Shown here: positions 9,824-16,490 of the stretch, in pieces
How the letters are laid out: each line of letters begins with the position of its first letter
Numbering within the stretch: position 1 is the first letter of the stretch
Origin: Alphaproteobacteria bacterium
GTDB taxonomy: Bacteria > Pseudomonadota > Alphaproteobacteria > CAAHEQ01 > UBA3637
NCBI GenBank assembly: GCA_045605805.1
Contig: JAZUQR010000013.1
Location: forward strand, 1 to 19,720
DNA: 19,720 nucleotides
Direction: 5' to 3'
Made by a program: the position numbers and the translations under genes
Notes under the pieces: model-generated
What the model was told of the DNA's origin: nothing
The model's input: only the letters and a program-made list of their open reading frames with translations
Database searches by the model: none

Positions 9824-10468
9824 ATGGCTGAAAAAACGAAACATACATTCAAAACTTATTTCTTTACAGGTGTTTTGGTCACTGCACCAGTTGCCTTGAC
9901 TTTTTACCTTGTGATAGAGTTATTTAAGTGGATTGATGCCTCTGTGATACGGTTTATACCAGAAAAATACAATCCAGAAACCTATCTGTCGTATGGATTG
10001 CCAGGCCTTGGGATATTGCTGTTGGTGGTTGCTTTTGTGTTGATAGGGATGCTTGCGACCAACATTTTGGGGCGGTGGCTGATGAGCTTTGGCCAGCGGC
10101 TGATTGAAAAGACACCTGTGATTTCTGGTGTTTATTCAGCCTTGAAAAAACTGTTTGAAACTTTGTTGGGGCAGGGAACAACAAGTGCTTTCCGCAAGGC
10201 GGTTTTGGTGGAATACCCTCGCAAAGGGGTGTGGACAATTGCCTTTATCACAACGCCCGTTTATGAAGGATTTGAACACCTTTTACCCCAAGATATGGTG
10301 ACAATCTATGTGCCAACAACGCCTAACCCCACTTCGGGCTTTATGTTGTATGTGCCCAAAAAAGAGATTAAAGAGTTGGATATGCGTGTGGATGATGCGT
10401 TCAAGCTGCTTGTTTCTACAGGGATTGTGACCCCTTCAAAGAAGATAAAAAAGCCCGAATCTCGCTGA
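9824..10468 (+). CDS. DUF502 family membrane protein
   Basis: YFFTGVLVTAP..LT, two TM segments, VLVEYPRKGVW.IAF, VPTTPNPTSGF signature; AAGGAG SD. Confidence 0.92.
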   Translation: MAEKTKHTFKTYFFTGVLVTAPVALTFYLVIELFKWIDASVIRFIPEKYNPETYLSYGLPGLGILLLVVAFVLIGMLATNILGRWLMSFGQRLIEKTPVISGVYSALKKLFETLLGQGTTSAFRKAVLVEYPRKGVWTIAFITTPVYEGFEHLLPQDMVTIYVPTTPNPTSGFMLYVPKKEIKELDMRVDDAFKLLVSTGIVTPSKKIKKPESR

Positions 10469-11387
10469 GATCACGATTGTTCAATGCTTGTTTATAGGCT
10501 TTGGATACTGGGGTAGCATGAAACAGCCCCATCAGATGCGGCAAAATCACACTCAACCTGTCTACATTTTTTTCTAAATAAGGAATCATCTGTTTCAAAA
10601 CCTCACTGCGTTGAAGAATGGGGTGATGGTCTTGATAGAACAGGGCATCCGCCTTGGCCAATAAATAAGGATTACCATACGCCACCCGCCCCAACATAGC
10701 ACCATCTACATATTCAAGATGTTCCTGCGCACTTTCCAAAGTCAAAATGTTGCCGTTGATGGAAATAGGCATATCTGGGAAAGATTTTTTCAAACGATAA
10801 ACGGTGTTGTAATCCAAAGGCAGGCGTTTTCTGTTTTCATCAGGTGACCAATTGAGCTTGGCTTTTCGGGCATGAACAATCAAGTGCGCACAGCCGGCCT
10901 GTTTAACCAAATCGGCAAAGTGAAACAATTCAGTGAAACCGTCTTTTGTGCTGCCTTCCAAAGCAATGCGCGTTTTGACAGACACAGGCAAATTCGCTTT
11001 GGCTCGCATTTCGTTGATACATTCAGCCACCAATTCAGGGGTTTTCATCAACACAGCCCCGAATCGGCCAGATTGTACCCGAGAGCTTGGACAACCAGCA
11101 TTGATATTGATACCGTCATAGCCAAAATCCTCGGCCATTTTTGCACAGAGTGCCATCTGTTTGGGGTCGGCTCCACCCACTTGTAAAATAAGCGGATGTT
11201 CTTCCTTATTGTATTGTAAAAGTTGGTCTTTTTTGCCCAAAATAAGGGCAGGGACAGCAATCATCTCGGTATAAAGCGTGGCTCGCTTGGTAATCAGACG
11301 CATAAAATAGCGAAAATGCCTGTCCGTCCAATCCAGCATGGGCGCAACAGATATTTTTTCGGAAAAAACTTGTTTTTTTATTGTCAT
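10416..11387 (-). CDS. dusA: tRNA-dihydrouridine synthase A
   Basis: ISVAPMLDWTDRHFRYF, LYTEM, LQVGG.DP, ININAGCPS.RVQSGRFGA.LM, PVSVKTRI, IVHARKA; true start MTIKK at 11387 (the ORF-track extension overlaps DUF3126). Confidence 0.95.
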   Translation of the reverse strand: MTIKKQVFSEKISVAPMLDWTDRHFRYFMRLITKRATLYTEMIAVPALILGKKDQLLQYNKEEHPLILQVGGADPKQMALCAKMAEDFGYDGININAGCPSSRVQSGRFGAVLMKTPELVAECINEMRAKANLPVSVKTRIALEGSTKDGFTELFHFADLVKQAGCAHLIVHARKAKLNWSPDENRKRLPLDYNTVYRLKKSFPDMPISINGNILTLESAQEHLEYVDGAMLGRVAYGNPYLLAKADALFYQDHHPILQRSEVLKQMIPYLEKNVDRLSVILPHLMGLFHATPVSKAYKQALNNRDLSEIRAFLSSLKGSQSL

Positions 11388-11432
11388 TAGGATATAATAG
11401 CACAAAATCAAACAAAAAGAAAGGAGCAAATG

Positions 11433-11654
11433 ATGCAATTGACAGCACAAGAAATTGAAAAAATCCAAGTTTATTTGCAACAACTGTTTTGGAATCCGGA
11501 AATAGCCCTCCGCCCTGGAACAGGAAAAGAGGCTCCTGCCGAAGTATATGTGGGTAAAGAGTTTATCGGTGTTGTCTATAAAAACTCGGACGATGGGGAA
11601 ATCTCGTACGATTGGAATATGTCCATCTTGCAAGAGGATATCGAAAAGTTTTAA
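11433..11654 (+). CDS. DUF3126 family protein
   Basis: EI.KIQ.YL..LF.N..I...P....AEVYVG.EFIGV.Y...DDGE.SY...M.IL..D pattern; AAGGAG SD spacing favours the second ATG (11433; alternative 11430). Confidence 0.85.
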   Translation: MQLTAQEIEKIQVYLQQLFWNPEIALRPGTGKEAPAEVYVGKEFIGVVYKNSDDGEISYDWNMSILQEDIEKF

Positions 11655-11674
11655 TTGACAAAACTGTTTTTATT

Positions 11675-11711
11675 TAACGGGACTGTTTCACATGGATTGT
11701 GTCCGTTATTT
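11675..11711 (+). terminator. Possible terminator hairpin after DUF3126
   Basis: TAACGG(G)AC...GTCCGTTA imperfect stem followed by TTTG; long loop. Confidence 0.35.
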
Positions 11712-11775
11712 GTTGATATTTCGTGTTCAAAATTTAAAAATGTTGATAAAAAACAAGACACCCCATTTCAAATGA

Positions 11776-11813
11776 GCGAGGCCACTTTATCTGTGTAGGC
11801 GAAAGGATTTAAT
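11776..11813. repeat. Degenerate direct repeat of the tRNA-Leu 3' end (att-like site)
   Basis: GTGTAGGCGAAAGGATTTAAT (11793-11813) vs GTGCGGGCGAAAGGACTTGAA (13390-13410): 16/21 identical with a perfect GGCGAAAGGA core. GCGAGGC also precedes both copies (11776-11782 and 13376-13382). Confidence 0.6.
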
Positions 11814-11815
11814 AG

Positions 11816-12433
11816 TTAGTGAGAAGTGGGTGGTAGCCAGTGCATTCGTTTTACAAATCGTTGAACAGTCATTCGCTGGACTCCAATTGTTCTGGCAATC
11901 TGAGCTTGTGATATTCCCTTGTTTAATAGGGATTTAACTTGTTTTGCATTCTGTGATAATTTCAATTTTTTTGATTGCGCGGCAAAAGGTCGTCCTAGTC
12001 TCTTTCCACTCGCCCGTACATTTTCCAACGATGATTTGGTGCGTTGAGAAATAAGATTCCTTTCAATTTCAGCGGATAGTCCAAAAGCAAACGCCATAAC
12101 CTTAGATTGAATATCATTTCCAAGGCGATAGTTTTCCTTGATGGTCCACACTTGGCAATTTTTATTAAGACATGATTCCAAAATACGCATCACCTCCAAC
12201 AAAGATCGGCCCAACCTAGATATCTCACAAGCAATCAATATGTCACCTTCCTTCAATTCATTCAGCAGTTGCCCCAGCTGGCGTTTAGCAAGCGGTTTTC
12301 GGGAGGATATTTTTTCTTGAACCCATCTGTCAATTTTGATTTTTTGAGATTTAGCGAACTTTTTAATTTCAAATTCTTGATGTTCCAGCGTTTGTTTGTT
12401 GGAGCTGACTCTGATATATCCAATAATAGCCAT
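11816..12433 (-). CDS. Small serine recombinase (resolvase/invertase), Mpi-like master DNA invertase family
   Basis: Catalytic YIRVSS.KQ, EISRLGRS, C-terminal HTH (GISQAQIARTIGVQRMTV). The stretch VWTIKENYRLGNDIQSKVMAFAFGLSAEIERNLISQRTK closely matches my recollection of Bacteroides Mpi-family invertases. Confidence 0.9.
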   Translation of the reverse strand: MAIIGYIRVSSNKQTLEHQEFEIKKFAKSQKIKIDRWVQEKISSRKPLAKRQLGQLLNELKEGDILIACEISRLGRSLLEVMRILESCLNKNCQVWTIKENYRLGNDIQSKVMAFAFGLSAEIERNLISQRTKSSLENVRASGKRLGRPFAAQSKKLKLSQNAKQVKSLLNKGISQAQIARTIGVQRMTVQRFVKRMHWLPPTSH

Positions 12434-12703
12434 TTTTTAATCCTTTCACATTGTTCGTTTAATCAGAAACAGTTGTCGCCTTTAATAGAACGATTAAATC
12501 AAGCACTTTTTCATATATTTGTATTTTTCCCCTTTTTCTTTATAAATTACTTGAAAATAAAAGAAAAATCCTTAATTTTTTTGTACACAGTAATGTAATT
12601 CAATTGGTATTTTACGCAGATGAACACAATCGTTGGTTTGTGTTACAAGTATCAACGGAGAAGAAAGTTCTCCATTAGTTTAACATAAAAGAAAGGATTA
12701 AAT

Positions 12704-13336
12704 ATGAATAAAAGTTTATTATTGATTGCCGCTACTATGGCATTTACTGCAGTCCAGGCTCAGGCATTAGAATTGCAACAATATGTCTCAGTTAAGGGCA
12801 ATTATGCAAAATTGGATAGTAACTTTACAAACAAAGATCCAGATGGTGATGGAGCTTATAAAGCAAAAACCGATGACCAGACATTTGGTGCCAGTTTGGC
12901 ATATGGTGTGAAGATTTCTGATTTCCGCACAGAATTAGAGGGAAATTGGAACGCAAATGCTGAGGATAAGTTTGTGGATCAAGATGGTGATAAAACAAAG
13001 ACAAAAGTGACCGCTCATTCGTTAATGTGGAATACTTACTATGATATCCCAACAGGTTTGCCTGTGCGTCCATATGTCGGTGCCGGTATTGGTGTTGCAC
13101 GTGTAAAGGCAACATTGAGTTGGCCAGATTTTAACGAAAAATTTTCTATGAAAAAAACAAAATTTGCCTATCAATTGGGAGCAGGTGTTTCGTATGATCT
13201 AACTTCAAATTGGGCTATTGATGCGGGTTATCGCTATTTGGACTATGGAAAGTTTACTAAAACCGATGAAGATGGTAAAAATACACTTAAGACAAAAACA
13301 CATAATGTACATTTAGGTGTGCGGTATACATTCTAA
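12704..13336 (+). CDS. Opacity/OmpA-like 8-stranded outer-membrane beta-barrel protein
   Basis: Signal peptide ending AQA, FRTELE, LMWNTYYD, RPYVGAGIG.A, FAYQLGAGVSY, IDAGYRY, C-terminal GVRYTF (BAM beta-signal Phe). Confidence 0.9.
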   Translation: MNKSLLLIAATMAFTAVQAQALELQQYVSVKGNYAKLDSNFTNKDPDGDGAYKAKTDDQTFGASLAYGVKISDFRTELEGNWNANAEDKFVDQDGDKTKTKVTAHSLMWNTYYDIPTGLPVRPYVGAGIGVARVKATLSWPDFNEKFSMKKTKFAYQLGAGVSYDLTSNWAIDAGYRYLDYGKFTKTDEDGKNTLKTKTHNVHLGVRYTF

Positions 13337-13358
13337 TAGTTTTAAAAATTCTAAAAGA

Positions 13359-13388
13359 AAGGCCTCGCTTTACCGGCGAGGCTTTTTT
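13359..13388. terminator. Bidirectional intrinsic terminator between the OMP gene and tRNA-Leu
   Basis: GCCTCGC-tttaccg-GCGAGGC with a T6 run on + and an A-rich run on the other side. Confidence 0.8.
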
Positions 13389-13470
13389 GGTGCGGGCGAA
13401 AGGACTTGAACCTTCACGCTTTTGGCATTGGCTTCTAAGACCAACGTGTCTACCATTCCACCACGCCCGC
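13388..13470 (-). tRNA. tRNA-Leu (anticodon TAG)
   Basis: GCGGGCGTGGTGGAATGGTAGACACGTTGGTCT-TAG-AAGCCAATGCCAAAAGCGTGAAGGTTCAAGTCCTTTCGCCCGCACCA; long variable arm, encoded CCA. Confidence 0.96.
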
Positions 13471-13480
13471 CATACTGTTC

Positions 13481-13509
13481 TTTATACCCGAATTTTTGAT
13501 AAAATGCAA
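13481..13509 (-). promoter_or_regulatory. Promoter of tRNA-Leu
   Basis: TTGCAT-17 bp-TATAAA on the minus strand. Confidence 0.55.
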
Positions 13510-13538
13510 GCTCTTTTTTGTTCAAAAAATACAAAAAT

Positions 13539-13567
13539 TTGACAAAAAAACAATTCTGTGGTATTAT
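13539..13567 (+). promoter_or_regulatory. Near-consensus sigma70 promoter for the orphan gene
   Basis: TTGACA-17 bp-TATTAT with an extended TGn -10. Confidence 0.65.
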
Positions 13568-13604
13568 TTATGTACATTTAATTTGTTTTGACGAAAGGAT
13601 CTCT

Positions 13605-14303
13605 ATGGAAAAATTGATACAATTTCAAAATAAGGTTATCTATAAAGGTAAAAACTATTGCATGCAAGACGAAAAAGGCGTACTCCTTTCTCCAAAATCC
13701 CGTGTTCATCTTATGAAAATGTGGCGAGATTCGGGTTGTTCAATTGCCTATTTGGAAAACCGGGAAAAAGAGTCTATGTTTTTGGCTCAGGAAATATCTT
13801 ACAAAAATAAAGACAATACATATTCACATTTTTCTATTTGCTCGGAAGGGGGCGGAAATATCCCCTCACAGTATGTTTTGTCAACTTATGAATGCACTGC
13901 TGACACACCAAACACCCTGAAAAAAGGACGAGCATTTGTCGCTGGAGAGTTTCACTCTGCTGCTGTACAATATAGCTGTAAGTCTGCGTTGTATGTCCGA
14001 GATTATGATAAAAAAGGCAGATGCCTGTGGCTTTCGGTGATTGCTCGTGAAGAAGGACGGGATAAATTCGGTTTCAGTGCTGTTGATTTGAAGATGACAT
14101 ACACCAAAGACAGCTTAATTCCTGCCCAAGTGACAGTAGTGCCTGCCGATACAAGATTTTTGTGTCACAAACGCCCCGAAAGTGTTGGTGTTTTTGCGCC
14201 CACTATTCCTGAGGTGACAAAAGAAGTGTTAAAAAATTTTAACATTGCTGTGCCCAAAAATATCTCTGTCAGAAAAAAAATAAGTCAAAATACCGGCAGA
14301 TAA
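13605..14303 (+). CDS. Hypothetical protein (232 aa, no recognised family)
   Basis: ATG 13605 behind GAAAGGA SD and a strong promoter; long open frame in otherwise gene-free space. Confidence 0.8.
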   Translation: MEKLIQFQNKVIYKGKNYCMQDEKGVLLSPKSRVHLMKMWRDSGCSIAYLENREKESMFLAQEISYKNKDNTYSHFSICSEGGGNIPSQYVLSTYECTADTPNTLKKGRAFVAGEFHSAAVQYSCKSALYVRDYDKKGRCLWLSVIAREEGRDKFGFSAVDLKMTYTKDSLIPAQVTVVPADTRFLCHKRPESVGVFAPTIPEVTKEVLKNFNIAVPKNISVRKKISQNTGR

Positions 14304-15482
14304 TTATTTGTTGTACAAACTGTCAAAAGCATTACAATGGGGGCAAAGGATATGCCATTCACCCACCGTATGATTGCATGAAGCACATATCCACAATGCA
14401 TCATCTTCTGATTCAATAGCCTTTTGTTCCCATTCAAGGGCTTTGGCTTCATGATGCCATCCGCTGCGTTCAATAAAGGCCATCATATCAGCCACCTGAC
14501 GTGTTAAAGGATATTGTTGTAAATAAATATCCAAGTTTTCTTTGGCTCGCATCCAATTATGTAAGTCCATATCCATATCTGCCCGAGCCAGTAAAGAATA
14601 ACGCTGATCTCTGGTATTTCGTGTTAAATCCAAAATGGCCTTCATCCGCTTTTTCTCAGGCAAGGCTTGAATAGCTTTTTTATAGCCCAAATAGATAAGC
14701 CAGTTCGGATTTTTCCGCCATGCTTTTTCCAAGGCTTTTGTCGCTTTTTTCGGAAAAACCTCGGCATAGGCCAAAACGATGGCAGGATAAGTTGGGGCAA
14801 GGGCAAACGCTTTATCCACTTTTCCCATTTTTAACATCAAGGCCGCTTTGTGAGACAGATACTGCTCTTTCGTATAGTGTTTTTTGTTGGCCTCCAATAA
14901 CTTCAAAGCTCCTGACCAATCACTTCTGATTAAGGCCAAAGACATTTTTGTCTGTTGAACCCAAGGGGTGGAGTCATTGTTGGCGGGTACTTGCCGCAGT
15001 AAAGAGTCAATTGCTTCAAAGTCACCCAAATCTTGTGCCTGTTGAACAAGCCCATAAAGCCCCGCCATTTTTGTGGATTCAGTTTTGCTGAGAGTTTCAA
15101 ATGTTTGCGCTTTTGGATTCAATAAGGCCGCAATTAAAAGCGTTTCGGTTGCGTTGGCACCATATAGTTTTGCTGCCTTGGCAACCAATTTGTCTTTTTT
15201 GTCTGTTTCATGGGCCACAATAGCTGTTAAAAGTTCCGGTAAAAAAAGATTTTTGTTGGCTTGTTTTTTTGTGTAGCGCCATTCTTGAAACTTACCCCAC
15301 CATCCAAACGGTTTGGATAAAAGTTTCAATACCCAAAGCAACACCCAAAGGCCAACAATAAATAAAATAAACGAAACCGTAATTTCATAGCTCGGTGTGC
15401 TTAAAGTGACAAAACAAGTGTCTTTAACGATAAAAAAAGTAAGCGCACCCATCCCGATAAGGGCCAATAAAAATTTGGTCAT
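14304..15482 (-). CDS. HemY-like (COG3898/Orf52-type) membrane-anchored helical-repeat protein with C-terminal zinc ribbon
   Basis: Two N-terminal TM segments flanking VTLSTPSYEITVS, TPR-like helical body (LEKAWRKNP), C-terminal WICASC...W...CPHCNAFDSL; ATGA-coupled to the upstream Mic60-like gene. Confidence 0.7.
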   Translation of the reverse strand: MTKFLLALIGMGALTFFIVKDTCFVTLSTPSYEITVSFILFIVGLWVLLWVLKLLSKPFGWWGKFQEWRYTKKQANKNLFLPELLTAIVAHETDKKDKLVAKAAKLYGANATETLLIAALLNPKAQTFETLSKTESTKMAGLYGLVQQAQDLGDFEAIDSLLRQVPANNDSTPWVQQTKMSLALIRSDWSGALKLLEANKKHYTKEQYLSHKAALMLKMGKVDKAFALAPTYPAIVLAYAEVFPKKATKALEKAWRKNPNWLIYLGYKKAIQALPEKKRMKAILDLTRNTRDQRYSLLARADMDMDLHNWMRAKENLDIYLQQYPLTRQVADMMAFIERSGWHHEAKALEWEQKAIESEDDALWICASCNHTVGEWHILCPHCNAFDSLYNK

Positions 15483-16474
15483 TTTGCTCCCCCTTGTTGA
15501 AAGATTTCATTGATTACCGTGTCTATTTGCTGATTCATCTGAATTTGTTTTTGTGCGCTGGCCAGCACATCTTTTAATGTGTTTTGCACATTTTCAGGCA
15601 AATCTGCCCCATACCGCACAACATCCTCTGGACAATCAGCCTTCACCGCATTTTCAAAAAGATAGAACTTACCCAATAGTGTATTGTTATCCGGATTCTT
15701 TTGACGAATATCAGCCAAGAAATAGGGAATCATTTTCAAATAAACCAAATAGGTGGGATAATCATTTTGGAACAAACGGAATAACGCCCGCTTTTTAATC
15801 TGGCGAAATTGAATGTCCATCTGGTTGTGTTGATTTTCCAAACAGAGTTGCAATAATTGCATCAATGCCTTGTCTGTTTGAGGTGTCTTGTTGGGCATCA
15901 ACATCAGCTCTTCTAACACAGGACGACATTCGCCTTGTTGTTGAAAAGCCTCTTTTAACTCAATGGATTTTAATAAAAAAGAGGCGTTTGTTTCGGGAAG
16001 AAAATCAGAGCGTTCACTGATTTCAGTCACCGTTTTTTCTTCCACCTGAGGCAATACCTTTGCTGGCTGATTCAAAAATTCCTCTGTCACTTCTTCCACA
16101 AACTCCATCTGTTTTGGCACAACAGGTGGTTCTTCCAAAGTCATAAGGTCAGTATCTTCGGATAAATCAACAGGCAGAACCTCATCCACCACAACCGGTT
16201 GAGCTGTAACTGCTTCGGCAACGGGCAGAGGAGAGGGAAGTGTATCCTCAAATAAAGGAATGTTCACGGGCTTTGGAGGGTTCAAAAAATGATAAACCGC
16301 AGGCGTAAGATAATAACTTGCCCCAGCACCGGCTAGAAATAAGGCGAAAAAAAACAAACTCAAAAGAATCTTTTTTGCTTTTGATTTCTTTTTGCGTTTT
16401 TTTTGATTTTCCCCTTGCGTTTCAGGTGTTTCAACAACCATCTGCTCAGGCTCTTGTTGGGCTTCCTTTGTCAT
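15479..16474 (-). CDS. Divergent COG4223/mitofilin (alphaMic60)-like membrane protein
   Basis: Basic stretch plus a single N-terminal TM, Pro/Glu-rich linker, helical C-terminus (LADIRQ...FENAVKAD...LPENVQNTLKDVLASAQ) resembling a mitofilin domain; directly upstream of the HemY-like gene. Confidence 0.55.
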   Translation of the reverse strand: MTKEAQQEPEQMVVETPETQGENQKKRKKKSKAKKILLSLFFFALFLAGAGASYYLTPAVYHFLNPPKPVNIPLFEDTLPSPLPVAEAVTAQPVVVDEVLPVDLSEDTDLMTLEEPPVVPKQMEFVEEVTEEFLNQPAKVLPQVEEKTVTEISERSDFLPETNASFLLKSIELKEAFQQQGECRPVLEELMLMPNKTPQTDKALMQLLQLCLENQHNQMDIQFRQIKKRALFRLFQNDYPTYLVYLKMIPYFLADIRQKNPDNNTLLGKFYLFENAVKADCPEDVVRYGADLPENVQNTLKDVLASAQKQIQMNQQIDTVINEIFQQGGAK

Positions 16475-16490
16475 TTATTCCCCCCTTTTT

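Larger units (their letters stand above)
11793..13410. mobile_element. ~1.6 kb genomic islet at tRNA-Leu(TAG) carrying a serine invertase and an outer-membrane protein
   Basis: Bounded by the tRNA-Leu 3' end and its degenerate copy; contains a recombinase; looks more AT-rich than the flanking housekeeping genes (by eye, not computed). Confidence 0.55.

Noticed and set aside
10418-10427. ACAGGGATTG identical to the tRNA-Val T-arm (18593-18602), a possible att site
   Set aside because: It lies inside overlapping coding sequence of DUF502/dusA, the match does not extend, and the intervening DNA includes core genes; likely chance.
11388-11633. 82-aa N-terminal extension of DusA in the ORF track
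   Set aside because: It is the antisense shadow of DUF3126; DusA homology begins near ISVAPM, consistent with ATG 11387.
11816-12433. IS607/Tn3-type transposon or large serine integrase
   Set aside because: No tnpB or transposase, no N-terminal HTH, no terminal inverted repeats; 205 aa is too short for a large serine integrase.
12269-12598. 109-aa + strand ORF overlapping the recombinase start
   Set aside because: Antisense shadow extending into low-complexity AT-rich intergenic DNA, with no SD.
14304-15482. LapB (YciM) assignment from helical repeats plus C-terminal CxxC...CPxC
   Set aside because: Two N-terminal TM segments with a HemY_N-like spacer and coupling to a COG4223-like gene fit HemY-like/Orf52 better; an HMM search would settle it.
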